Assembly: GCA_963714015.1 (NCBI GenBank)
Contig: OY970223.1
Span: 1,984,001 to 2,048,000 of the forward strand
Reading direction: 5' to 3'
Source: Vulcanimicrobiota bacterium
GTDB taxonomy: Bacteria > Vulcanimicrobiota > Vulcanimicrobiia > Vulcanimicrobiales > Vulcanimicrobiaceae
DNA: 64,000 bases
Shown: positions 50,946 through 63,720 of the stretch, piece after piece
Position numbering within the stretch: position 1 is the stretch's first letter
Layout of the letters: each line of letters opens with the position of its first letter
Made by a program: the position numbers and the translations under genes
The notes under the pieces: model-generated
Told to the model about the DNA's origin: nothing
The model's database searches: none
What the model saw: the letters and a program-made list of their open reading frames with translations, nothing else

Positions 50946-51113
50946 ATGCATGCGACCTTAGCGCACCCCTACACGACGCAACTCATCGCCCTCTGGCTTT
51001 CCTTCCTGCCCATTGCCGGCATCGGGGGCTTGATGGCAGGCGCCCTCGTCCGCGGTGATCGCGGTTTCCGCCGAAAAATCAGCATCCGCGTCCCCGTTCC
51101 GGCCTCCAAGTAA
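50946..51113 (+). CDS. Small single-TM protein (55 aa), below the ORF-track cutoff
   Basis: TAAGGAG SD 5 nt before the ATG; MHATLAHPYTTQLIALWLSFLPIAGIGGLMAGALVRGDRGFRRKISIRVPVPASK. Confidence 0.6.
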   Translation: MHATLAHPYTTQLIALWLSFLPIAGIGGLMAGALVRGDRGFRRKISIRVPVPASK

Positions 51114-51137
51114 CCACTTTTTGACGGCTTCCCGCGT

Positions 51138-51226
51138 TTGACCCGAATGAGGCGGGGTGATATACTACTTGCCTATGCCCCGCGCCCGATAAAGGCATTA
51201 TATAGAAGAAGGACGAGTTATCCACA
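51138..51226 (+). promoter_or_regulatory. rpoB promoter and DnaA box
   Basis: TTGACC (51138-51143), 17 nt, TATACT (51161-51166, preceded by TGn); TTATCCACA at 51218-51226. Confidence 0.7.
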
Positions 51227-51312
51227 AGATGTGGAGGTCTCGTTCTTTTTAGCGTGCGCGGAAACCGGGCGGCATAGATTGCGCAAACACCTGGGTGAGA
51301 GAGAAAGAAGTA

Positions 51313-55237
<3,925 letters not shown>

Positions 55238-55261
55238 CCGCGGACAACGCAAACAATAACG

Positions 55262-55293
55262 AAGGCCGGTGCTTACCGCACCGGCCTTTTTTT
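55262..55293 (+). terminator. Intrinsic terminator after rpoB
   Basis: AAGGCCGGTGC-ttacc-GCACCGGCCTT-TTTTT. Confidence 0.9.
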
Positions 55294-55342
55294 GCGTAAA
55301 ACCACACGGTGACTCCGGCGGATCAGCTGGCGGATCGGCCGT

Positions 55343-55441
55343 TCATCTGGTCCGGTGAGACTCGTAAATCCCGCCGACGAAAAACATCGCCATGAAGAGA
55401 ATTCCCAGGCCGCATACGGCAAACAGCGCTGACTCAGTCAT
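55343..55441 (-). CDS. Possible 32-aa membrane peptide
   Basis: MTESALFAVCGLGILFMAMFFVGGIYESHRTR forms a single TM; weak start signals. Confidence 0.35.
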   Translation of the reverse strand: MTESALFAVCGLGILFMAMFFVGGIYESHRTR

Positions 55442-55526
55442 GGGCACATGATACCGCAAAACGACGCGCTTGTCCCTTTCGGCACGCCCGAGGCGTTGGA
55501 TTGCCGGCGCGGAATAAGTCCGGGCT

Positions 55527-56651
55527 ATGAGTAGAATGTATTGGCGTCTTTCCATCGGCGCGTTGTTTGCCGCCGTGATTGCAGGCTGCGGCAGTGGGTC
55601 CGGCCTCTCGTCGATTCCGCCGCAGTCGCGGCTGAGTCAAGCCAAATTTTCGGCACCGGCGTCCGGTCCGATTTTCAATGTGTACACCGCCGGATCGACG
55701 CCCGGCTTTCCGTCGAGCGCGTCTGCGTGGGACATAGCGCCCGCGAACGCCACGACGATGTGGTTTACCGACGGCGGCACGCCCGCGATCGGCACGATCA
55801 CCTCGTCCGGAACGGTCAAGGAATATTCGAACGGCCTGCCCTCCGGCGCGCGGCCCTACTCGATCGTGCGAGATGCCAAAGGCAACGGCTGGTTCACGGA
55901 TCAGGGAAGCGCATCGGTGGGCCGCATTACGCCGGACGGCGAGATTACCGAGTACACGAACTCGAAACTGAACGGAACGTATCCGGCCGACGTGACCGTC
56001 GCGCCTGATGACACTGCGTGGTTCATGTCGGTCGGTCCAACGTCGTACATCGTGCATGCAAGCGTTGCGGGGAAATTGACGCTGTACGCCGTGCCCTCGA
56101 AACTCTCGCCCGACGGTTCGTTGATCGCGGATTCCGCGGGCGATCTGTGGTTTATGGCGCTTTGGCCCAACAGCGATGCAGTGCTCGTCGAACGCAAGGC
56201 TTCGGGAACGCTGGTCCGTTACTCCACCGGTCTGGAGCAAGCCTACGAACCGTGCTGTCCCAATCTAGCGCCCAAACGCATGGTGTTCGGTTCCGACGGA
56301 AACCTGTGGATGACTACGCTGGATTACACGCGGCCGAACGGCAACGGCGCGAACTTGCTCGCGACGCTCACGTCCACGGGCATGAAGTTCGTGCGGATTC
56401 CAACCTTGGGGATAAAGCACACCGCGATCACCAGCGGGTTAACGCGTCTGGGCAACGATCTGTGGATGACGGGGGACGATCCGTTCCAGTTCAACGGTGC
56501 TCTGTGGGACATGACGAGCGGCGAATCGTTCAAGGCCTATAACGTGCAGTTCAATCCGGTTGCAATTGCATCCGGAACGCAGGGCAACTTATGGATCACG
56601 AGCCATTTCGGCGGATCGCCCAGTTCGATCGTCCAAGTGGTCCTGCCCTAG
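55527..56651 (+). CDS. Vgb (virginiamycin B lyase)-like beta-propeller lipoprotein
   Basis: Lipobox IAGC; repeated WFTD, GRITPDG.ITEY and GSDGNLW blades. Confidence 0.82.
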   Translation: MSRMYWRLSIGALFAAVIAGCGSGSGLSSIPPQSRLSQAKFSAPASGPIFNVYTAGSTPGFPSSASAWDIAPANATTMWFTDGGTPAIGTITSSGTVKEYSNGLPSGARPYSIVRDAKGNGWFTDQGSASVGRITPDGEITEYTNSKLNGTYPADVTVAPDDTAWFMSVGPTSYIVHASVAGKLTLYAVPSKLSPDGSLIADSAGDLWFMALWPNSDAVLVERKASGTLVRYSTGLEQAYEPCCPNLAPKRMVFGSDGNLWMTTLDYTRPNGNGANLLATLTSTGMKFVRIPTLGIKHTAITSGLTRLGNDLWMTGDDPFQFNGALWDMTSGESFKAYNVQFNPVAIASGTQGNLWITSHFGGSPSSIVQVVLP

Positions 56652-58471
56652 CGCATGGAGATGAGCAGCCAGGCACCGTAACCCGCGATTCCTATCATCG
56701 TGTACGCTACGTAATCGCAGAAGATGCCGCTGTGCAGATTTCGCAGCGCGCGCAGCGGGGGCCCGAATATCGGCGCGAGATGCTGCGGAATGTGATCGCG
56801 GTATAGACCGGCGAATGCCGCGATCACCGCCGCCAAGCTGACGATGAGATTGAAAGCGATATCGCCCGGCTCGGGGTGTATCGCGGCTACAGCCGGCAGA
56901 GCACGCGGCGAATTCTGCAGGACGGCGGCAACGTACGATTGACGATCCACGAAAGCCGCCGCTGCGCGCTGAATTTCATGCGAAAGCGGTGCGCTCAGTC
57001 CGGCCCAAATTGCGATGCTCAAGAGCACTGCGGCGGGCAACAGCATGGTGAGCGGAGTTCGCTGCAGATTATCGGCGTCGCATTCGCACTCTTCCCAGCG
57101 GGGCGAAGCGCCGGTTTCTTGCCCTTTGCCGATGCCGAACGTCACGTGAATGCCTGCCCGCAGGACCGCGCCCGCATCGAGCGCCGAGGCGAATCCCATG
57201 ACGATCGCCATGAAAAACAGCGCGTGGTCTTTCATTGCCGAGTCATAGAGCACTTTCGCGGCGGAAACGGCAAACGGCGGCAGTCCGGCGAGTGCGATGC
57301 CGCCGATCAGGAACAACACGCTATTGGCGATAGCGGCGCGCCCTCGGCCCCCCAGCATCTGCTCGTCGAGCGATCGAAATCGGTTCAAATAGTTTCCCGC
57401 GCAGATGAACAGCGCACTTTTGATCAGACCGTGCGCGAGGACGAACATAGCGGCCGCCGCAACGCCGGCCGCGCCCGTCAAACCCAGCACAGCCACGAAC
57501 ATGCCGGAGTGACTTACGGTCGAGAATGCGAGCAGCCGTTTCAGATGGCGCTGCGCGAAGGCCATGATCGCTCCGGCGATCGCCGTCACGGCGCCCACGC
57601 CCAGAAACAGCGCTTTGATGCTTTCCGAGTGCGGTGCCAGAACGCCGGCGAAGACGGTCCAGTAGATGCGCGCAACGCCGTACAGCGCGAGCTGCACCAT
57701 GATGCCCGAGAAAAGCACGCAGACGGGCGTGGGTGCGACGGCATGCGCGTCGTCAAGCCAAAAATGGAACGGCGCGACGGCGCCTTTGACGAAATACCCG
57801 GTAAGGATCAGCGCAAAGGCCACGATTACCAGGCTGTCGGCCGGCCTTTGTGAGACGATGACGCCGATTTGGGCGAGGTTCAGCGCGTCGGTTCTAGCGT
57901 AGATGAATCCGATTCCAAGCAGAACCACGAACCCGGCAATCGCATTGGTGATCGCCAGGTTGATTGCGCCCTCGATCGATGCGGCTTCTTCGATCTTATG
58001 CGAGGTCAGAGCAATGGCGGCAGCCGTCATCAGTTCGAACCATACGAACATGTTGAACAGATCGCCGGTGAGCGCGTAGCCGCACATCGCCGCCAAGAAG
58101 GCAAGGAGCAGCGAATGGAACAGCGTGCCCACCAAGTCGAACTTCGTCCAGGTGTAGACGATCGCGGCCAAGACCAGCAGCGCCACGAATGCCGTCAAGC
58201 CCGCGTTCATGGTGTCCACCGAGAAGCTTATGCCGATGGCGAGCATATGTTTCGGGGTCCAGCCGCCCATCCAATGCACGACGATACCGTGCTGCGAGGT
58301 GTAGGCCGTAAGAACGCAGGCCATGCCGAAGACGCAAAGCGTGGTGAGCGTGGCGACGACGCAGCCGAACGACCTCGGCAGCATCTTGGTAAACGGCGCG
58401 ATAAACGCAGCCGCCATGAGCGGAATCGCTACACAAAGCGGCGCCAGCGCCGAGACTTGAGCGGCCGTCAT
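56648..58471 (-). CDS. mrpD: MrpD-like proton-conducting membrane subunit
   Basis: TGDLFNMFVWFELM, KGAVAPFHFWLDDAH, KRLLAFSTVSH, HGLIKSALF, AGLPPF. Confidence 0.88.
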   Translation of the reverse strand: MTAAQVSALAPLCVAIPLMAAAFIAPFTKMLPRSFGCVVATLTTLCVFGMACVLTAYTSQHGIVVHWMGGWTPKHMLAIGISFSVDTMNAGLTAFVALLVLAAIVYTWTKFDLVGTLFHSLLLAFLAAMCGYALTGDLFNMFVWFELMTAAAIALTSHKIEEAASIEGAINLAITNAIAGFVVLLGIGFIYARTDALNLAQIGVIVSQRPADSLVIVAFALILTGYFVKGAVAPFHFWLDDAHAVAPTPVCVLFSGIMVQLALYGVARIYWTVFAGVLAPHSESIKALFLGVGAVTAIAGAIMAFAQRHLKRLLAFSTVSHSGMFVAVLGLTGAAGVAAAAMFVLAHGLIKSALFICAGNYLNRFRSLDEQMLGGRGRAAIANSVLFLIGGIALAGLPPFAVSAAKVLYDSAMKDHALFFMAIVMGFASALDAGAVLRAGIHVTFGIGKGQETGASPRWEECECDADNLQRTPLTMLLPAAVLLSIAIWAGLSAPLSHEIQRAAAAFVDRQSYVAAVLQNSPRALPAVAAIHPEPGDIAFNLIVSLAAVIAAFAGLYRDHIPQHLAPIFGPPLRALRNLHSGIFCDYVAYTMIGIAGYGAWLLISMR

Positions 58472-58827
58472 TTGTTCATTGCGGCCAATGCTTGCGGATC
58501 GATGGAGCCGCGCCGCCGGTAAATCTGCGTCGTCAGAGCGAGAAGCAACGAGGTGACCGTCGCGCCGACGACAATGTCGGTCAATGTGAGCGCATGCAAA
58601 ATCGGATCGACCGAGGCGCTTCCAGGCGGATTAGTCGAGGAGAAAATCGGCGCCCCGGCTTTGGCCTGAAAGTCGATCGAAAGCAGAAACATGTACGTCG
58701 ACGCCTGCACGACGGCCAGGCACAGGATCGAGTGAATGAGGTTGCGGCTTTGCGTCAGGCCGAAACAGCCTACGACGAAAAGCCAGAACGCGACCGCGTA
58801 AGGCAAATACAGTATCCATTCGCTCAT
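58468..58827 (-). CDS. mrpC: MrpC/NuoK-like subunit
   Basis: SRNLIHSIL..DPILHALTLTDIVVG. Confidence 0.88.
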   Translation of the reverse strand: MSEWILYLPYAVAFWLFVVGCFGLTQSRNLIHSILCLAVVQASTYMFLLSIDFQAKAGAPIFSSTNPPGSASVDPILHALTLTDIVVGATVTSLLLALTTQIYRRRGSIDPQALAAMNK

Positions 58828-59580
58828 TCTTCGGCCTCCTGAATCTCTCGCGTCTGTTTGAAGAAGACATAGAGGAGCACGACAAAACCGCACGCCACCT
58901 CGATAAAGACCCCGCAGTTGACGAGGTAGATCATGCCGCCCGACACGGTAGCACCGGTTTGACCGAGCGGCAGAAAATTCTTCAAAAATGCGCCCGTGAT
59001 CCAGAGCGCGGTCACGCCGATTGCACCGAAGGAAAAGGCGCCCAGCGCTTCGAGAAAGTCGAAGACCTCCTTGTTCGCCGTTCGGACGAAGGCGTGGAGC
59101 CCAACGCCCAAATAGATGCACGCAAGCGCGCTGCCGAATACGGCGCCGCCTTGAAAGCCGCCGCCGGGCGTCAGCTGTCCATGCGCGCCGAGATCCATCG
59201 CCATGGCCGCGATGAACGCGGTCAGACTCGTCGGCAGCCAGCGAAGTGCGCCGGTCTGTCTGCCATCGCGTTTCGGCATCCGTGGGTTCGACGTGCTGTT
59301 CGGCCGGGCCGCGCAACTCGCTGAAGATCACCAGCACGCCGGTTATGGAGGTGAAGAAAATGAATTCCTCGCCGAGCGTGTCAAAGCCGCGATAGTCGAA
59401 ATTGATTGCACTGGGCACGTTGAGCGCATGGCGTTCCAGCGTTGCAATCTGCAAGACCATCGCGGTATACGGTCCCGAAAACGTTCCGAATGCCGGAAGT
59501 CCCACGGCGCCGTACGCCAAAATGCCGGCAACGACGACGGCGCTAACGACGTAGACGATCGTTCGAGCGCGAATGCTCAC
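58824..59580 (-). CDS. mrpB: MrpB/MnhB-like subunit (+1 frame break near 59280)
   Basis: NFDYRGFDTLGEE, then HGQLTPGGGFQGG. Confidence 0.85.
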
Positions 59581-59813
59581 GCGCGAAAACTCGTCTTCAT
59601 CAGCGTCACCAGCACGATCGCCGGTATGGCAAGCGTGCCGACTGCCAGTTCGCTCAGCGCGACGTCCGGCGCGTGAAGGACGAAAAAGAGCATCGAAAGC
59701 GTCAATCCGAAAGCTGCATAAACGATGACTTGATTGACCGGCCGCTTGTTGAACACGACGGCCGCGCCGGTGAAGGCGACGAGCAGATAGAGAATTGCCT
59801 GAAGCAGACTCAT
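59577..59813 (-). CDS. DUF4040 (MrpA C-terminal / MbhD-like) small subunit
   Basis: LHAPDVALSELAVG motif; 78 aa. Confidence 0.85.
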   Translation of the reverse strand: MSLLQAILYLLVAFTGAAVVFNKRPVNQVIVYAAFGLTLSMLFFVLHAPDVALSELAVGTLAIPAIVLVTLMKTSFRA

Positions 59814-60097
59814 CGCGCGCGCCGGCGGTATTCGGCTAGCGCTATTGCATGCGAAGTAATCGGTGCGCCAATCAGCAACACGAAAATAAAGCAGAGAGTT
59901 TTTACCGCCGAAACTCCGAAGCCCGTATCTATCAGCACGGCAATGAGCGTAAGCGGCGGAACCGCGACGCTGCAGATACCCAAGGCGTGCAGGGCCGCAA
60001 GGTTGTTCTTGCTGCGCAGAACCCCGAGAGCCGCCAGCAGCGCGAACCCGGCCAGCAATGCAAGGACGATAGCGGTCGCGAGTTGCCGCGCGATCAC
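59810..60097 (-). CDS. mrpG: MrpG-like subunit
   Basis: AALHALG..APITSHAIA. Confidence 0.82.
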   Translation of the reverse strand: MIARQLATAIVLALLAGFALLAALGVLRSKNNLAALHALGICSVAVPPLTLIAVLIDTGFGVSAVKTLCFIFVLLIGAPITSHAIALAEYRRRAR

Positions 60098-60354
60098 AGC
60101 CAGCGCTCCAGGAAGCGCGCGTAGGCAATGGTTCCGCCAATCGAGAGCAAGGCGAGGGTGATGCCGAGGTCGGCGAACTCCTCGGTTGCAAAGACGATGG
60201 AGAGCAGCACCAGTTGCACGGAAGCCAGCAGCGTCATCACCTGCAAAGCGATGAGGCGCCGAACGGTGTCCGCGGAAACCAGAAGATAGAGAGCAACGGC
60301 CATCGGGATAAACAGGAGTTCCGTGCCGAAGAGCAACCCGTTGAACGTGCTCAC
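60094..60354 (-). CDS. mrpF: MrpF-like subunit
   Basis: RLIALQ..DLGITLALLS..GTIAYARFLER. Confidence 0.82.
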   Translation of the reverse strand: MSTFNGLLFGTELLFIPMAVALYLLVSADTVRRLIALQVMTLLASVQLVLLSIVFATEEFADLGITLALLSIGGTIAYARFLERWL

Positions 60355-60818
60355 AGAGGCCACTGCTCGGACCGGTAGTGTTGTTCGCGGGCGATCAGCT
60401 GATGTACGACAAGCTCGCCCCGTAAATCGACTTCGGCAACAACGGTATTAGGCGCGGCGCACACACCGAAAATCACCAACGCCTCGCGGCCCATGTTCAG
60501 ATCGTTCTCGCGGTCGCCGCAGTCATACCGGACGCGCGTAAGCATTCCGGTCAGTTGATTTCCGGTGCGCAGCACCCATAAAACCCGGCCCGAGACCAAG
60601 AACAGGTCCCGCACCATGGCCGCCGGCACGTGAGCGAGATTGCGCAGCCAGCGCCAGCGGACGCGCACGCCGGGAAGCCCTTCGCGCAGCGGGATCGCCA
60701 CCAGCGGTACGCAGAGGGCGGCAATAATCGCGCCGGCCGCGACTTCCGATAGCGTCTGGGTGACGAACTCGATGACGTACGCACAGAGCACCGCAAACCA
60801 CCAAATGGCCCATCGCAT
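60351..60818 (-). CDS. mrpE: MrpE-like subunit
   Basis: Two N-terminal TMs and APNTVVAEVD..LVVHQL (MrpE PGT..H motif variant); first gene of the coupled cluster. Confidence 0.72.
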   Translation of the reverse strand: MRWAIWWFAVLCAYVIEFVTQTLSEVAAGAIIAALCVPLVAIPLREGLPGVRVRWRWLRNLAHVPAAMVRDLFLVSGRVLWVLRTGNQLTGMLTRVRYDCGDRENDLNMGREALVIFGVCAAPNTVVAEVDLRGELVVHQLIAREQHYRSEQWPL

Positions 60819-60965
60819 CGCACGATTTCTATACCTCGCGCAAACCATTCTTACACGGGCCCGGATCAGGGAATAGACGCCCGCCCGGTTGGCGTTTTTT
60901 TACAAAGATATTACGGAACGCGTCGATAGCGGCGAATCGTTCCGGCGCCTTCGGCCGACATTTTA

Positions 60966-61178
60966 ATGATGATGCTTTTGGATTCGAAGTTGGATCCGCG
61001 CTACGTGGGCAAGGCGGTGCGTCTGCTCAATGCGGGCGGTTACGATCGCGCCACGAGTGAACTGTTGGCCGGATCCTCCCTCGGTGCGGTTGCCGGCTTC
61101 TTGGCGGGAGCCTCGCCGCGCCGCCAAAAGACGGTGATCGAGCTCATTGAGTCTGCCATGGACGACAGCCAGCAGTAG
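60966..61178 (+). CDS. Small hypothetical protein
   Basis: 70-aa ORF with natural-looking composition, upstream of the channel gene. Confidence 0.45.
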   Translation: MMMLLDSKLDPRYVGKAVRLLNAGGYDRATSELLAGSSLGAVAGFLAGASPRRQKTVIELIESAMDDSQQ

Positions 61179-61213
61179 AGTGCCGCCCGGCCGGGAGCGG
61201 GTAGATTGCAGTC

Positions 61214-61996
61214 ATGCAGACACCACCGCCGTCCGACCTGCGCCCCGCAATAGCGCACCAGCGGCTCCAACTTCTTGAAACGATCGAAACGGCGCTCGAA
61301 AAGCCCCTGGCCGCATTGGGTTTTGCATGGTTAGGATTGATCGTTGCGGCTTACGCGTGGGGCAGCAACGCCGCAATCAACGTCTTCACCTCGGTTATTT
61401 GGGGCATATTCATCGTTGACTTTGTCTTGCGTTTCCTTCTTGCAACGGACAGAGTAGCGTTCCTGAAGCAAAACATCTTGACGGCGGTTTCGCTGATACT
61501 GCCGGCGCTGGCGTTCTTGCGAGTTCTGCGTCTTTTTTCGGTACTGCCGTCGTGGCAGCTGGTCTTGTTCCGGTTGATTGCCGCAATGAACCGCAGTATG
61601 CACTCGCTGGCGACCACAATGAAGCGTCGCGGCGTCGCCTACGTCATCGCCCTCACCGCGATCGTTACGTTCGCGGGTGCCGCCGGTATGGACACCTTCG
61701 AGCGAGGCACGTTCGCAAACTACGGGTATTCACTCTGGTGGACCGGCATGGTGATGACGACCATGGGGCCGGACCGGTATCCGCAATCGACGCCCGGCCG
61801 TTTGCTGATGTGGGCGCTCGCAGTCTTCGGCTTTTCGGTTTTCGGTTATTTGACTGCGGCCGTAGCCAGCTACTTCGTCAACCGAGATGCCGGCGATTCC
61901 GGGAGCGAGATCGCCGGAGAAGACGACATCAATGCGGTGCTGAGCGAAATCCGAGCGTTGCGCGCCGAGTTGAAAGCCGCAGTCTCACAATCGTAG
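61214..61996 (+). CDS. Voltage-gated K+ channel superfamily ion transporter with non-canonical filter
   Basis: 6-TM layout, S4-like FLRVLRL, pore SLWW..MTTMGPD.YP.S..GRLL. Confidence 0.85.
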   Translation: MQTPPPSDLRPAIAHQRLQLLETIETALEKPLAALGFAWLGLIVAAYAWGSNAAINVFTSVIWGIFIVDFVLRFLLATDRVAFLKQNILTAVSLILPALAFLRVLRLFSVLPSWQLVLFRLIAAMNRSMHSLATTMKRRGVAYVIALTAIVTFAGAAGMDTFERGTFANYGYSLWWTGMVMTTMGPDRYPQSTPGRLLMWALAVFGFSVFGYLTAAVASYFVNRDAGDSGSEIAGEDDINAVLSEIRALRAELKAAVSQS

Positions 61997-62884
61997 CGCG
62001 GTTGACGGTTCGGCCGGCGCCGAATCGCCCTTACGCGTTTGAGCGTCGATCGTGTAACTCGGATCTTTTGCGGAGATGCAGCCTGCACGAAAGACGCTGA
62101 ATCGCTCCGCAAGTCCGCCGGCAAGCAATAAGGCACCCGCAATTTTACCCAAGCCGGCGTTGCGGCGGCTCACCACGGCCGCTGCGAGACCCGCAATATT
62201 CAAAGCGCGGGCCGCCTTGGCGAAGAGTTGCGCCTCACCGGTACGGTACGCTTGGCTTTGGCGCGGGCCCAATTCATGATGCAGCCGTTCCAGCGCCGCA
62301 ATGCCTCCGGCGGCACCGGCAATAGCCAGACGCCGCGTTGTGCCGTTCGAGCCCGACAGCATGCCGATGCCGCCCGCGGTTGCTGCGGAGGTTGCAGCGA
62401 ACAGTATCGGCATGGAGGTTCTTCCATAATGCCACGCCGGCACGACCGTATCGCCGATGAGTACCGCCGTGTAACACGACATCGCAGGACCGATCACCGC
62501 GGCTGCGGCTTCGAAGATTCGTCCGAGCGGGCGCGCAATGCCGGTGAGTTCACTGGCCGCCGCGGCAAACACCGCAGTGCTGAACGCGCTGAAGATATAG
62601 ACGCCGACGCTCATCGGTGAGGTCGGTTTGAAGACTCGGAGCATATTGAGAAAGCGCTCCGGTTTCTTCAGATCGGCGATCAGACAGAATCCGCTGACCG
62701 CGCAGCCGCCCGCAGCCGTCAGCAGCATGATGCGCGCGAGCGCGTGATTTTTTGCCAGACGTTCGCCGAACGCGACCGTTGCCGACGCGCCCGCAAGTCC
62801 GCCCGAAAAGAAGTACACCGGAATGAGATCGGTCCACTCCGGCGGTTTGATCATCGGTTTTCCGTAATATCCGGGCTGATTCAT
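61985..62884 (-). CDS. NrfD/PsrC family membrane anchor
   Basis: YYGKP.IKPP.W, YFFSGGLAG, LIADLKKPERFLNMLRVFKPTSPMSVG, YTAVLI..T.VPAW. Confidence 0.9.
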   Translation of the reverse strand: MNQPGYYGKPMIKPPEWTDLIPVYFFSGGLAGASATVAFGERLAKNHALARIMLLTAAGGCAVSGFCLIADLKKPERFLNMLRVFKPTSPMSVGVYIFSAFSTAVFAAAASELTGIARPLGRIFEAAAAVIGPAMSCYTAVLIGDTVVPAWHYGRTSMPILFAATSAATAGGIGMLSGSNGTTRRLAIAGAAGGIAALERLHHELGPRQSQAYRTGEAQLFAKAARALNIAGLAAAVVSRRNAGLGKIAGALLLAGGLAERFSVFRAGCISAKDPSYTIDAQTRKGDSAPAEPSTALRL

Positions 62885-63720
62885 AATCTGCGAAGTCCGG
62901 CAGAAACGGCTATTACTGCGGTAAGCATCAACATCGCTTGCGCCGCCGATCTCCACATTTGCGGCAGATACTTTGTCGGCACGACGGGATCGGGAGGCAA
63001 ACCGTAGACTTCGGGCTTGTCCAGCAATAAGAACAGCGAACCTCCGCCGCCGATGCCGTCTTGCGGATTCTCCAAATATAATCGGGCCGAATCGAAGCGT
63101 TCGCGCACGCGCTCCAGACGGCTTTCCGCGCGCTCCCGCAACTCCTCGACCGCGCCGAACTGGATGGATTCGGTAGGGCACGCTTTCGCGCAGGCCGGCT
63201 GCTCGCCGGCCTTGAGGCGATCGTAGCAGAGCGTGCACTTGCCCATCGTGCCTTCATGCGTTTTTTCGCTGATGACGCCGAACGGACACGCCACGACGCA
63301 ATACCCGCAGCCGTTGCAGATGTCGTCCTGAATCACGACCGTTCCGAATTCGCTGCGGATGATCGCGCCGGTAGGACAGACGTCGAGGCAGCCGGCGTGC
63401 GTACAGTGCTTGCAGACGTCGGACTCCATTAACCAGCGGTTGCCTTGCGGACGGTCGAACTGCTCGACGAAGGCCACATGCCGCCAGGTGTATCCGCCAA
63501 GCGCCGCGGTATTGTCGTACGACATGCCCGTAAAGTTGTAGCCGTCGTCCGGGAGCTGATTCCACTCTTTGCAAGCGACCTCGCACGCTTTGCAGCCGAT
63601 GCAGAGCGTTGTATCGGTGAAGAAGCCCTTTCGCTGCTCCGCCGCGCTCCCGAATGTCGCGGTTTCGCGCTCTGCGGACGTCATTGCAGTGAGCTTCGTT
63701 AAATCGATGAACGTCGTCAC
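62881..63720 (-). CDS. Formate dehydrogenase iron-sulfur (beta) subunit
   Basis: Four Fe-S motifs: CIGCKACEVAC, CKHC..C..CP, CNGCGYC..CP, KCTLC..PAC..CP. Confidence 0.92.
   Translation of the reverse strand: MTTFIDLTKLTAMTSAERETATFGSAAEQRKGFFTDTTLCIGCKACEVACKEWNQLPDDGYNFTGMSYDNTAALGGYTWRHVAFVEQFDRPQGNRWLMESDVCKHCTHAGCLDVCPTGAIIRSEFGTVVIQDDICNGCGYCVVACPFGVISEKTHEGTMGKCTLCYDRLKAGEQPACAKACPTESIQFGAVEELRERAESRLERVRERFDSARLYLENPQDGIGGGGSLFLLLDKPEVYGLPPDPVVPTKYLPQMWRSAAQAMLMLTAVIAVSAGLRRL

Noticed and set aside
55527..56651. Streptogramin resistance gene
   Set aside because: Only the Vgb-like propeller fold is evident; it is a lipoprotein and catalytic residues could not be verified.
58468..59580. 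Apparent 370-aa MrpB-MrpC fusion in the ORF track (and 59577..60191)
   Set aside because: Artefact of the frame break near 59280; mrpC has its own ATG at 58827 overlapping the mrpB stop.
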